DNA of 61,319 nucleotides, the filler included. It is 7 parts of 7 records of this genome, joined end to end, with 100 filler letters (N's around TTAATTAATTAA, not from the genome) between each part and the next. Parts side by side here need not be neighbours in the genome. Positions count along the whole stretch, not along the records: positions 27,244 to 42,762 come from SRR31147125_30935; positions 42,863 to 51,397 come from SRR31147125_30937; 5 more parts are not named here. One strand, written 5' to 3'. The translations under genes and the position numbers were made by a program. Positions 32,580 through 43,250 of the stretch are shown here, piece after piece. Below the pieces are notes generated by a model. It was not told where the DNA came from, did no database searches, and saw nothing but the letters and a program-made list of their open reading frames with translations. The stretch's first letter is position 1. Every line of letters starts with the position of its first letter.

Positions 32580-33473
32580 TTATTCTAACACAATCCGGGC
32601 TCCACTTGTGATGCCGCCAGGAGTCGATACGAGCTCTCCGCTCACCCAAAACGTTCCCTGAACCTGTTCTCCCTGATTATTTTTTCCATCCCAGATTTCA
32701 GTAAAGGTCAAATTCTGTTCCGGAATCAGTACTTTAACAATAACAGACTGTGTAAAAAAACGATCATGGGCCCAATTCCAGACAAGATCACTTTGGCTGG
32801 CTATTATGTTCCTGTGAACCCGGATATCATACATTTGGCCAGAATTAAAAACAAGCTTCATGTGGCTTGTTGATGTGTTTGTAATGATAAACTGAACGGT
32901 TGTGCTGTCCCCGGCTCTCATGGATTCTTTATCAAGCTTGACTTCCATCTTGAGTCCATCATTTAAAACGCTATTTTCAAGTTGATTTATTTCCTGAAGG
33001 ATTCGATCCAGATTCGCGGGTACACCAAATCCATTAGTGTAAACGGTGCGGGATTGTCCGTAATGCTCAAACCATATTTCGTAAAAAAAGGCATCTCTGA
33101 CATCCTGATCAACATATTCTGATTCGAGATTAAAAAACTGATTTTGAATAAAGCTGGCCCGTATTCGCTCTACAGCTTGTCCTGAAAGATTTATTCGTTT
33201 TTCAGCATACAAATGGCTGCCTGTAATTTTGGACAAACCCGAAGAATTCAATTCGATCGTTTCATTAACACCGGCAAATCCGCCTGTTTTGTGCACGATC
33301 AGCACAGGCGTATCACTCTCTGAATCCGGAAAATTTTCTTCATTGGAAGCATCAGAATTAAAAATATTCAGATTGTCACAAGAAAATGTTACCACGAATA
33401 TCAATAATAACGTTTCCGTTACCATTTTTCCCCATATTTTGTTTTTAATCATAATCAATCTCTTCTTTTCCAT
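32580..33473 (-). CDS. Lipoprotein with emfourin-like N-domain and BsuPI-like proteinase-inhibitor C-domain
   Basis: Lipobox VTFSC; HKTGGFAG...DAFFYEI (emfourin-like); FNSGQMYDI...VWNWAHDRFFTQ (BsuPI-like). Confidence 0.7.
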   Translation of the reverse strand: MEKKRLIMIKNKIWGKMVTETLLLIFVVTFSCDNLNIFNSDASNEENFPDSESDTPVLIVHKTGGFAGVNETIELNSSGLSKITGSHLYAEKRINLSGQAVERIRASFIQNQFFNLESEYVDQDVRDAFFYEIWFEHYGQSRTVYTNGFGVPANLDRILQEINQLENSVLNDGLKMEVKLDKESMRAGDSTTVQFIITNTSTSHMKLVFNSGQMYDIRVHRNIIASQSDLVWNWAHDRFFTQSVIVKVLIPEQNLTFTEIWDGKNNQGEQVQGTFWVSGELVSTPGGITSGARIVLE

Positions 33474-33525
33474 CGTTTCATTTTTTTAATAAAATATCAT
33501 GTATTCTATTTCATTATGTTGATTT

Positions 33526-33541
33526 TGCAATTCACATGCCA
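33526..33541 (-). promoter_or_regulatory. Sigma54-type -24/-12 promoter
   Basis: Minus strand TGGCATGTGAATTGCA fits TGGCAY-N5-TTGCA, about 50 nt upstream of the 33473 start. Confidence 0.75.
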
Positions 33542-33720
33542 ATAAAAAGGGTTTCCTGGTGCGGGAAAATGATCCTTTTTACATAAATTTATCAAATATT
33601 TGAGGATTTTATCAAAAATCTGAGAGCCAAATGCATATCATTTAGAGTTGAAATCATTCTCGAGAATGCCTATATTTATTAAAACATCCAGATACCACTT
33701 AATTTATCCTGAGAAATAAC

Positions 33721-35468
33721 ATGTCAAAATTAAATTCATTAAGAATAGCCCTGGCACAAATAAATACTACTGTAGGAGATCTGCAGGGTAATCGAGATAA
33801 AATCATACATGGAATCCATCAAGCTGTTGATCTGGGATGCGACCTACTGGCCTTTCCTGAGCTGTGCGTTACAGGATATCCACCGGAAGATTTACTGCTG
33901 CGAAATCAATTTATCCGGGATCAAAAAAAGTCCTTAATGACATCGCTGCAAACGTCAAAAATATCGCCTGTATTGTTGGGTATGTAGACAAGGTAAAAGG
34001 AAAATTATACAATTCCGCAGCTCTACTCTATTCAGGACAAATAGTCTCAACCTATCACAAAACCAATTTGCCCAATTACAGTGTTTTTGACGAAGAACGC
34101 TATTTTAAAAAAGGAAAAGCACCTTTAATTGTAACGATAAATGGTATCCGAACAGGTATCAGCATCTGCGAAGATATCTGGGTGTCAGATAGCGTTGTGG
34201 AAACGCAGGCGTTCTGTGGTCAATCGGAAATCCTTCTGAATATCTCCGCTTCGCCTTATTATGTTGGCAAGCCAAAAGAACGTGAGGCTTTAATGTTATC
34301 AAAAGCCAGGCGTTTCAAATCATTTATCGCTTATCTCAATCTGATTGGCGGACAGGATGAACTGGTATTTGATGGGAACAGCATCATTGCTTCACCTGAA
34401 GGTGAACTCCTGTCAAGAGGGAAATCGTTTGAAGAAGATTTTATTGTCCTGGATATAGATACGAATAATATAAAAGAGTTGCGCCAAAATAGTCAGGAAT
34501 ATCAAAAAGAAGTGGACACCTTTGATAAACCTGTTGGCAGGCTTAAAACGTTTTCTATCGAAACAGACTGTATAAAAAAACCGTCCCTTGTTCCTTCACC
34601 CATTAAACCCTTTGAAATGCCGGAAGCCAAGGTATACAAAGCTCTTGTCCTGGGTCTCAGAGATTACATACATAAAAATGGTTTCTCCAAGGTCACCTTT
34701 GGACTGAGCGGAGGCGTGGACTCGGCCCTGGTTGCTGCTATTGCTGCCGATGCATTGGGTAAGGAGAATGTTTTAACCGTATCCATGCCATCCCAATTCT
34801 CATCACAGGGCAGCAAAGATGACGCGAAACAGCTGGCTGATAATTTTGGCATGCAATATCTCGCATTGCCTATCAAAGATATATTTAAAGTATATGAGAA
34901 ACTTCTCGAACCCACCTTCAAAGACAGACCATTTGATATTACCGAAGAAAATCTGCAGGCCAGAATCAGAGGCAATTTGCTTATGGCTTTGTCAAATAAA
35001 TTTGGCTATCTCGTTTTAGCCACAGGCAACAAAAGTGAAGTAAGTGTTGGCTATAGCACACTTTACGGGGATTCTGTCGGTGGGTTTGCCCCTCTCAAAG
35101 ATGTGCTAAAAATGATGGTTTATAAACTGTGCGAATATCGCAACAATATTGCCGGCTATGACATCATCCCACGGGCAATACTCGAAAAAGCCCCTTCCGC
35201 AGAACTGCGCCCGGATCAAAAAGATCAGGACAGCTTGCCGGAATACGACATATTAGACCAGATCCTGGAATATTACGTAGAACATGAAATGGGCGTTGCT
35301 GAAATTGTTGAAAAAGGATTTACATTGGAGACAGTTAAAAAAGTGGCGCATCTGGTCGATGTGAATGAATATAAACGCAGACAAGCAGCTCCGGGTGTCA
35401 AAATTACACCCCGCGCTTTTGGCAAAGACCGACGCATGCCGATAACGAATCGGTATAGGGCAAGGTGA
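33721..35468 (+). CDS. nadE: Glutamine-dependent NAD+ synthetase (frameshift near 33925)
   Basis: Nitrilase domain FPEL..TGYPPEDL, ICEDIW; SGGVDS, ENLQARIRG, TGNKSE, PSAELRPDQKD, EYKRRQ. Confidence 0.96.
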
Positions 35469-35474
35469 ATTTCT

Positions 35475-35697
35475 TCGCTCCGGACGCCATAGATCTTCTG
35501 CGCGCCATGGGTTTCCAACCCAGGGAGGACAATGAAACAGGGCCTCTGCCCAAACCTAATCCAACTAGTTCACTGATCTTTGTGATAAAAATATTTTCTA
35601 TAAACCAACCAGGTGAAAAAGCTTCGTAGGCAGCCACCATCCGGGACGGTAGTCCCTGTACAGCCTTCGACCTGGGAAAAATTCCCAGGCCGCGCAG
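35475..35697. repeat. GC-rich multi-hairpin, REP-like intergenic element
   Basis: CCATGGGTT-TCC-AACCCAGGG, GGGAC-GGTA-GTCCC and CCTGGGAA-AAA-TTCCCAGG hairpins between convergent genes. Confidence 0.5.
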
Positions 35698-35716
35698 TTA
35701 TTTTATCGTAGATTTT

Positions 35717-37420
35717 TTATTCTTCGGATGGAATATACAAATACCTCTTTACCTTATTGGTAGGTGTTATCTCAAATGGTTCCGGATGTTCAATAATCTT
35801 GTTAATACTTGAAAAACTTGGCAGACTTTGATTAACATCCTGTCGTATTTTTTCCAAAATTTCTTTGGTTAACTTTTCAGCTTTATCACCTTCATATTTA
35901 TTAATTTCATATTTCTCATCAAGCACATCATAATCCAGATAAGCTTTGGCCACTAATTGGCCTTTGGACTGATAAATAACAACCTGCTGAATATATGGGC
36001 ATTTTAGAACGATCTGCTCCATAATCTCCGGATAAATATTTTCACCAGATGGCCCAATAATCACATTTTTGGATCGTCCTTTAATAAACAAATAGCCTTC
36101 GTCATCAAAATAACCTAAATCACCTGTCTTTAGCCAGCCATCCTCCAAAAAAGTTTCTTTGGTTGCCTCCGGATTCTTATAGTATCCCTGCATAACGATA
36201 GGTCCGCGGACAATAATCTCGCCAATCCCTGTTTCTGGTGATGGATTATGAATCTTTATCTCAATTCCGGGGATCGTTTTCCCACAGGAGCCTGCCTTTA
36301 CTTTTCCAAATGGATTAATCGTCATAATCGGGGATGTTTCGGTCATCCCATATCCGGTTGAATAGCTTATATCGGCATCACGGAAAAAAACTTCCACATC
36401 CTCATTCAAAGCAGCGCCACCGAACATAAAAAAACGCAATTTCCCGCCAAAAGATTTAACAAGTTTTTTGCCGGCAATATTATTTAATTTCTTACGAAAA
36501 AACGGTTTTTGATACAAATTATTTAATAGTTTCTTGCTCTGAAATTGCGGTAAAATTTTCTTACGATAAATTTTGTCAATGACCAATGGGACTGTCAGGA
36601 GACCGGTAGGTCTCACAGTTGCTATAGCCGATAATAATTTTTTTGCGGTAGGTAATCCGGATATATAATAAATATTGACACCCACAGCAAATGGACACAG
36701 TAAGCCACCTGTTGCTTCAAATGTATGCGACAGAGGTAATATGGAAAGAAAACGGTCATTCGAATCAATGGGAAATCGTTCAATACTGTTAACCACATCA
36801 GAAACAATGTTCTCATTCGTCAGCATAACGCCCTTTGAATAACCTGTAGTTCCGGACGTATAAATGATGGCCGCAAGATCTTTGGCCTCCGGTTTGGGAA
36901 ATTCATTGATCAAATCAGAAGCGACTGGCAGCTCCATATTTTTTTTCTGCACTAATTGAACTGTCTTGTCGATTAAATTAAAAGCTTGTTTTTCTACTTC
37001 CTCATAAGAAAAATCTTCAAGAGAAAATATGGTATGCAAGGAGGCTTTTCCCAAATCATCTATTTTTGATCGCAGCTTTTGCGAAATAAAAATGGCTGAG
37101 GCTTCAGAATTTCGAATGATGTGACGCGTGTCTGTTTCAGGAAAACCCGGTAAAATAGGCACAGCAACAGCACCTATATAGACTATGGCAAGATACGAGA
37201 TAACCCAATTGGGACTGTTTTCACTTAAAATAGCGACCTTGTCTCCGCGGCGAATATTTCGCAGCAAAAGTTTCGCTGCTACTTTTTCCACCTCAACACG
37301 CACTTCATTATATGTCTTGGGAAGAGCGCCCACATAACCAATAGCTGGTAATTCACCATACAAAGAAAAACTTCGTTCGACAAGTGAACGAATGGTCCAT
37401 TCCTCAAGTTCAACTATCAT
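35717..37420 (-). CDS. Long-chain fatty acid-CoA ligase (AMP-binding)
   Basis: IIYTSGTTGYSKG, GYGMTE, TGDLG, GENIYPE. Confidence 0.93.
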   Translation of the reverse strand: MIVELEEWTIRSLVERSFSLYGELPAIGYVGALPKTYNEVRVEVEKVAAKLLLRNIRRGDKVAILSENSPNWVISYLAIVYIGAVAVPILPGFPETDTRHIIRNSEASAIFISQKLRSKIDDLGKASLHTIFSLEDFSYEEVEKQAFNLIDKTVQLVQKKNMELPVASDLINEFPKPEAKDLAAIIYTSGTTGYSKGVMLTNENIVSDVVNSIERFPIDSNDRFLSILPLSHTFEATGGLLCPFAVGVNIYYISGLPTAKKLLSAIATVRPTGLLTVPLVIDKIYRKKILPQFQSKKLLNNLYQKPFFRKKLNNIAGKKLVKSFGGKLRFFMFGGAALNEDVEVFFRDADISYSTGYGMTETSPIMTINPFGKVKAGSCGKTIPGIEIKIHNPSPETGIGEIIVRGPIVMQGYYKNPEATKETFLEDGWLKTGDLGYFDDEGYLFIKGRSKNVIIGPSGENIYPEIMEQIVLKCPYIQQVVIYQSKGQLVAKAYLDYDVLDEKYEINKYEGDKAEKLTKEILEKIRQDVNQSLPSFSSINKIIEHPEPFEITPTNKVKRYLYIPSEE

Positions 37421-37645
37421 GTCTTTTCCTGTCTTTTAATTTATGAATGCCCTTCATATTCTAAAATATTAATATATAAAATAGAGTGAATAATACTATA
37501 TTTTTTTAAAAAAATAATCTTGTTTATACAAAAAAATTTCAAGTGTAAGCTATTATTGCCATAACTTTTCTTTTACGACAAATAAAAAACCGGTTTTATT
37601 TATTTAACTATATTCGATAAAAAAAACATCGCATACCCGTCACAT

Positions 37646-38485
37646 TTAATTATATTCAAGTGCAAGCCCGACACCGACTTCCCGAATCCTGGCGACACGT
37701 GACAAAGCAATTTTGGCATCCAGATCTGTACAGTGACAAGCATGAAGATTGCAAGGATTCACTTTTTTCATATAATCCAGTGTTCCCTTGAGCTGTTCTT
37801 CGGAGGTTTCTAGTAAATGAAATCCTCCAATAATATCAACAATTCTATTGTCATCACATATTTTTTTGGCAAAATCCACAATATTACAAATACCGGAATG
37901 TGCACAACCTACAATAATGACAAGCCCCTTTGACATTTTATAAACAAGGGCAGAATCCTCAATATTAAAATCATCCTCAACAATGCCGTCTTTAACCTTT
38001 TTCCCAATTGGTGTCCTGGTTTCGAAATCATATTTTCTCTCTATTTCCCCAAGAAATACGAGTCGTTCTGTTAGCCACAAAGGTTCTTTTCTCAACTTTG
38101 CCTGGAATTGCCGGGTTATGGTTGCTTCAGAGATAATGGAGCCTATTTGGCTTATCTCACCAATCATTTTACGACAAAACGTGTCAGGATGAGCCACAAC
38201 AACAGGGCTTTGATAACTTTTTTGCTCTATCAAAGCTTCGGTATAAAGATTTATGAGAGGTACCAAACCCCATGTATGATCAAGATGCCCGTGCGAGAAA
38301 ACAAGATAGTCAAGATGTAACAGATCCAGATCCATTTTTTGCGCATTCCTGAGGAACACATCGGAATAGCCAACATCGAACAATAATTTTATATTTTCAT
38401 CCTGAATATAGAAAGACAGACCTGGTTCACCACAAAAATATCGATCAATGAGTGTATTATTATCAACAAGCACAGTTAAATTCAT
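37646..38485 (-). CDS. MBL-fold metallo-hydrolase
   Basis: LLFDVG, SHGHLDH, GCAHSG, IIGGFH, CHCT. Confidence 0.9.
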   Translation of the reverse strand: MNLTVLVDNNTLIDRYFCGEPGLSFYIQDENIKLLFDVGYSDVFLRNAQKMDLDLLHLDYLVFSHGHLDHTWGLVPLINLYTEALIEQKSYQSPVVVAHPDTFCRKMIGEISQIGSIISEATITRQFQAKLRKEPLWLTERLVFLGEIERKYDFETRTPIGKKVKDGIVEDDFNIEDSALVYKMSKGLVIIVGCAHSGICNIVDFAKKICDDNRIVDIIGGFHLLETSEEQLKGTLDYMKKVNPCNLHACHCTDLDAKIALSRVARIREVGVGLALEYN

Positions 38486-38698
38486 ACAAGTATCTCCATG
38501 TCCGAATCAAATCAGGTAAAAATACAATCCCAGGATTAAAATCGACTTTAAAACAACGATACAAAATAAAATCCGGGTTCGAGTCCTTTTCCTTTATAAA
38601 CATAGCCGCACTTTACAAAAAGTAAACAGGCGAAACATTCATGCGCGGCACACCTGTCAAAAGATTTGGATTGCCACGTTTTTTTCAACATCAAGGAA

Positions 38699-41600
38699 CT
38701 AATCCTCCATTTCAATCTCAATACCACACAAAACCGGTAAACTACCACTTGCCAAGTTGGAAGGTTTACACTGAATAGATAATTGATCTTGCACTTTAAT
38801 ATGTTGAAATTCTTTAATAATGGATATGCCAGGTCCTCCCGCATCTTTGATAATATCAAAATCATGTAACACTTTCTGATCCTGAATCATTACATTAAAA
38901 ACACGTTCCCCAACTTTTTTCGTTTCCAATTCAGCAAAATGCAACCTGACTGTATAATAGGCATTGCCCATCCTCTTTTCGGATAGGGTGATGTCCATGT
39001 CCATGGCAGCAGATATACCGGATGCAGCCACCCATTTCATATCACCTGACTTGAGGGAAAGGGAATGCAAACGTATATAAACCGGATTCTCAGCATTCAT
39101 TGTAATCGGGATATCAGGAGATGTACCGCCGATACTGGGATAATCAAGCCATAATGTGCCATTATCTGCAATGTGATCGCCAGGCGCGTTAATATTGATC
39201 CCAATTCGTTTAACAGGTTTACCATCCCATTTATTGTCACTATTTGTCCAGTATTCCAGTTCCGGCATATGAACAAGCCCAAGAGATGTCTGGTTCTGGT
39301 AGGAACACTGACAAGTCCGTGTATAATCCGGGGCATTCAACACACCGTTAGCAGCGATAAGATTAGAAGTACATCCTGACTTGAACCCGCCAAAATTCCC
39401 TGTACCTCCATTATTTGCCAGGTTGTAAAAGCCGGCTGCCGCTGATCGAAAGGATAAAAGATTTTCGCTTGCAATATTATAGTTGCATCCATGTGTACGG
39501 GTATAGGTCCAGGGAATATCTTGCCTGGTAATAGGATCATTCCTGAACATGGTCTCTCCCGTGACGATATTTAATGCCAACTTTTCTGTGATAATCTGGT
39601 CACCATGAAGGATTGGCGGATTGTTGTAGGATAGTTCTTTATCCCATAACTTTGTCCCATCCGAGGCCTTGTAAACGATCATCCGTTTACCCTCTTCACC
39701 TCTAAGCATATCACGTGAGGGACGTGTAGCCTGTAATAGCAGATCGTGCTCTTTGGAATAACTTAACCAACTACCAAAGACATCATCTTTTTGTTCCCAC
39801 AATATTTTTCCAGTCTCTGCATCCAGGGCCAACAAGCGATAATCATGTGGCGCGATTAAACCACGACGCGCCATTTTATTTACGGAAAATGCAGGTATCT
39901 TGTCGAGACAATAAATCTTACCATTCCCGGCTGTAATGGCATTATGGATAAAACCATATTTCGCTTTAATTTTCCACTTTACATGACCTGTATGCCGGTC
40001 TATTACCACGAGCATCTTGCTGGCAGTAATATCATAATTCTCATAATCTCTCTCACTACGTTGCTTTTTAGGAGACAGGTTTGTCAACGTTTTCTGTCGA
40101 TTTGGATCTGCAGGAATAAGCGTAGAATAGCGAACAAATTCTGAACCTCCAACAAGGTTATCACCCGACACCCCTATATATCCCCATTCAGATGTGCTAC
40201 CCTCGCTTACCGGAGGAATAGAAATGGTTTTTACTCGCTTGCCGGTTACCGCGTCAAGCACAATACACGTGTTCGCCTGAACAACATATACAAAATCTTT
40301 TGTAGCCACAAAATTTGTTCCCCTACCATTCGCGCCTGGCATATGTTCCTGGTTATATGTCACGACAAGCGGTGTATTTTTGTACGACTCGTTATAATAA
40401 ACACCAAAAGTATCCAAACTGTCCAGATTGGTCTTCCACAAAACCCGCCCTGTATATACATCCCGTGCACTGATACAATCCATTCCTTGAATAATCAAAC
40501 GTCCACCAACGATCTGTTCCGGTGGTCCATGGCCATGCCGGGGAAGAACCTCCATATTGGAATTTCCGCCAAACCATAAAAGGCCAAGAGGTAATTTTAC
40601 AACCCGGTCATCAGACTTGACTGTATTGGCCATGTTACCATACTGGTGATTCCAATCCGAAGATCCAGGAAGCGGGCCATTTCGGGAAATAACAAGGCTG
40701 TTTTTTTGTTTTTGCACCTTTAGACCAGGTAGATTTAGCGTCTCTAATAAGGAAATGATTTGATCTTGCTCGCCACTGTCAAAAGGGATCCACAATTTTC
40801 CACCATAGGGACGTATGGAAGAATAAAGGCGTTGTATATCCTGCTCGTTTGAGAATAATTTGGCACCTTTTGTATCACCAATAACAGTCAGGGAGGCAAT
40901 ATAAGGGGGAAGATGCACATTTGCAGGGTTACCGCAGATAAGACTCAGTTGCTCCCCTAAAAGTCCTTTGTCATCAAACCAGCGCCGAAGTTTATTCACT
41001 TTTTGTTGATTCGGATCAATAGCAATAATATGCAAATTCGAATAAAGGGCTATTGCGGCTAAAAGTTCACTGTTTCCCAGGCCATAAAAAAGAGCATATC
41101 CCTCTTTGACATTTGTTTCATCAAATATGGATTGCGCTTTCTCAGCCACTTTTAGGGAAGGTTTCCAGGACTTTTTTTCAGCCTGCAAACGTCTTTCTGT
41201 TTGTTTTTTTGCGCCAAAAGCCATAATCCGGCCATCCAATGTCACCGCAAAAAGTTTGTTGTCAGCAGCTATTAATCTTTCAAATTTGCCCCGTATATCT
41301 TTTGTCCAAATCCTTTCCGGAGTAACTCCGTTTCCGGATAATTGAATCGCAGTAATATGATTTTCCTGAGCCGCATAGAGTCGGGAACCAGCCATTATTA
41401 AATCCCCACTGGAATTAATATCAAGTTCCCATAATTCATCATCCGGGAATTTCGCATCCCGGGCTGTGATGGATTCTCCGGAAAAATAAAAAACATCCTT
41501 AGCTAAAACCGGATAGCGGCCTATATTCCCAATGAGCCGGCTGCCTTTATCAAGATCATACAAACTCGTGACCCGATCCCTGGAATGGTTGAGAAAATAT

Positions 41601-42469
41601 TTTTCATTGGCACATACAAAAGAGCCACCATCTTTTCTAAATTCAGCCAGATGATAATATATAAAATCACCGGTTGCCAGGTCATAACAGGCAGGCACAG
41701 ACCGGCCACCAGGGATAAGCAGACGATCGCCTCCGATGACCATAGCACCTTGTGGAGCCACTCCAGCATAAGCAGGAGAATTATGAGGTTGCTTTATATA
41801 TTGAGAACTCGTTCCTTCGTTTCGCCAAACGATTTCACCAGTTTCAGCATCCAGAGCATAAATAAAAGTCCCCATGAATGGCCAGATACTGGCCGCAAAA
41901 TAGACAACATCGTCTTTAACAACAACACCTCCACGGGCAGGCCATGATGAAATGAGTCGTTTATTACCCAATATCTTTCGATCCGAGGGAGCGCCTTGAA
42001 ATTTCCATATCAATTCACCACTACGTGCTTTTACACAATAGATAAATCCATCATCACTGGTAAAAAAAAGTTTGTCTTTCCAGCCTGCCATCGGCAAACG
42101 AACCGGACCATCCACATAAAAACGCCACTTTTCCTCACCTGTTTCCGTATCAAGAGCGACGACCTTGTCGCAATCATTGAATCCTATAAACATATAATGA
42201 CCCATCACAATGGGTTCGAAAACTCTGTCATAGGGCATGAGGTCCTGATTCAATGGATCATCCCACACATCATCCCGGGGACTGTATTCTCTGGTCCACA
42301 GTAAATCAAGGTCTCTGGGTAACTCTTGTGGACTACAGGCGGTTCGACCGGCATCATAACGCCACATCGGCCAATCACTGGCCTGGCCTTTCAAAGTTAT
42401 TCCAATAAAAAGCAGCATACATACGCGAAAGAATAGACGAAACTTTTTCATAATAGGTTCCCTGGTCAT
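38699..42469 (-). CDS. Secreted PQQ-like beta-propeller repeat protein with central methyltransferase-like domain and C-terminal malectin domain
   Basis: Signal peptide, DWPMWRYD, repeated ALDxxTGxxxW, IRPYGG, VRLHFAE...RVFNVMIQ...FDI. Confidence 0.8.
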   Translation of the reverse strand: MTREPIMKKFRLFFRVCMLLFIGITLKGQASDWPMWRYDAGRTACSPQELPRDLDLLWTREYSPRDDVWDDPLNQDLMPYDRVFEPIVMGHYMFIGFNDCDKVVALDTETGEEKWRFYVDGPVRLPMAGWKDKLFFTSDDGFIYCVKARSGELIWKFQGAPSDRKILGNKRLISSWPARGGVVVKDDVVYFAASIWPFMGTFIYALDAETGEIVWRNEGTSSQYIKQPHNSPAYAGVAPQGAMVIGGDRLLIPGGRSVPACYDLATGDFIYYHLAEFRKDGGSFVCANEKYFLNHSRDRVTSLYDLDKGSRLIGNIGRYPVLAKDVFYFSGESITARDAKFPDDELWELDINSSGDLIMAGSRLYAAQENHITAIQLSGNGVTPERIWTKDIRGKFERLIAADNKLFAVTLDGRIMAFGAKKQTERRLQAEKKSWKPSLKVAEKAQSIFDETNVKEGYALFYGLGNSELLAAIALYSNLHIIAIDPNQQKVNKLRRWFDDKGLLGEQLSLICGNPANVHLPPYIASLTVIGDTKGAKLFSNEQDIQRLYSSIRPYGGKLWIPFDSGEQDQIISLLETLNLPGLKVQKQKNSLVISRNGPLPGSSDWNHQYGNMANTVKSDDRVVKLPLGLLWFGGNSNMEVLPRHGHGPPEQIVGGRLIIQGMDCISARDVYTGRVLWKTNLDSLDTFGVYYNESYKNTPLVVTYNQEHMPGANGRGTNFVATKDFVYVVQANTCIVLDAVTGKRVKTISIPPVSEGSTSEWGYIGVSGDNLVGGSEFVRYSTLIPADPNRQKTLTNLSPKKQRSERDYENYDITASKMLVVIDRHTGHVKWKIKAKYGFIHNAITAGNGKIYCLDKIPAFSVNKMARRGLIAPHDYRLLALDAETGKILWEQKDDVFGSWLSYSKEHDLLLQATRPSRDMLRGEEGKRMIVYKASDGTKLWDKELSYNNPPILHGDQIITEKLALNIVTGETMFRNDPITRQDIPWTYTRTHGCNYNIASENLLSFRSAAAGFYNLANNGGTGNFGGFKSGCTSNLIAANGVLNAPDYTRTCQCSYQNQTSLGLVHMPELEYWTNSDNKWDGKPVKRIGININAPGDHIADNGTLWLDYPSIGGTSPDIPITMNAENPVYIRLHSLSLKSGDMKWVAASGISAAMDMDITLSEKRMGNAYYTVRLHFAELETKKVGERVFNVMIQDQKVLHDFDIIKDAGGPGISIIKEFQHIKVQDQLSIQCKPSNLASGSLPVLCGIEIEMED

Positions 42470-42762
42470 TGAATGATCCTTTATCTAAAACTGATGCTCT
42501 TACATCAGGATAATGACAGTTCTTGATGATTCTTTCCTGAAAAGGTTTGAACATTATTCAGAAATGGACCTTTATTCGAAAATAATAAAGATCGTTGTTC
42601 AACAAATACGGGGTGCTCAGGTCAATGAATCACGTCAGGAGAATTGGCACGACATTTCCTGCAAAGCTTGATAAATAATATGAACTATTATTATAAGAAA
42701 AATTTATAATCTTTTCAATTTATAACTCTTTTCAGGGTACCCCCGATTTTTTATTCAAGAGC

Positions 42763-42862
42763 NNNNNNNNNNNNNNNNNNNNNNNNNNNNNNNNNNNNNN
42801 NNNNNNTTAATTAATTAANNNNNNNNNNNNNNNNNNNNNNNNNNNNNNNNNNNNNNNNNNNN
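42763..42862. other. Artificial contig spacer
   Basis: N run with TTAATTAATTAA linker. Confidence 0.99.
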
Positions 42863-42890
42863 ACAGGTTCAAGTCCTGTTGCGACCACCA
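42863..42890 (+). tRNA. 3' end of a tRNA (acceptor strand compatible with tRNA-Val; anticodon not visible)
   Basis: T-arm ACAGG-TTCAAGT-CCTGT, acceptor strand TGCGACC, discriminator A, CCA. Confidence 0.85.
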
Positions 42891-42948
42891 TTTTATTTTT
42901 GAAGAATTAATAAAATTATTTTTAAAAATTAAATAAAAAGTATTCTTT

Positions 42949-42986
42949 AGGCTATAGTTCGATATTGTTTCGGGCTATGGCTTTTT
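42949..42986 (+). terminator. Intrinsic terminator after the tRNA
   Basis: GCTATAGTTCGA/TCGGGCTATGGC stem plus T-run. Confidence 0.65.
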
Positions 42987-43113
42987 AATTTTCTTGAGTT
43001 TTTCTTTACTGAGTTTTACATCGGCTCATAAGAGTTGAAGTAACGCTTGAGAATAAAGTATAAGCTCACTTAGAATTTCTTCATAATTATATTCATTATT
43101 TCTTATATCAAAA

Positions 43114-43183
43114 AACCCCCTAAGATTAGTTAGTAACATTATGACACATAAGTTCATTTGTTACTGATTAATATTAGGGGGTT
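43114..43183. repeat. Long imperfect inverted repeat (terminator or MITE-like)
   Basis: AACCCCCTAAGATTAGTTAGTAACA...TGTTACTGATTAATATTAGGGGGTT. Confidence 0.7.
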
Positions 43184-43250
43184 AAATCAAAATATAAAAT
43201 TACCGTCTTTATTAATAGCTAAATTGCTTGTTACTTTAAGAAGAAGGTAT

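Noticed and set aside
35475-35697. Assignment of this element as 6S RNA, SRP RNA, tRNA-Sec or an NAD-related riboswitch
   Set aside because: The hallmark motifs are absent, and it lies 3' of both flanking genes rather than in a leader
42644-42662. TGGCACGACATTTCC as a second sigma54 promoter
   Set aside because: The -12 GC is missing at the required spacing and no downstream gene is visible
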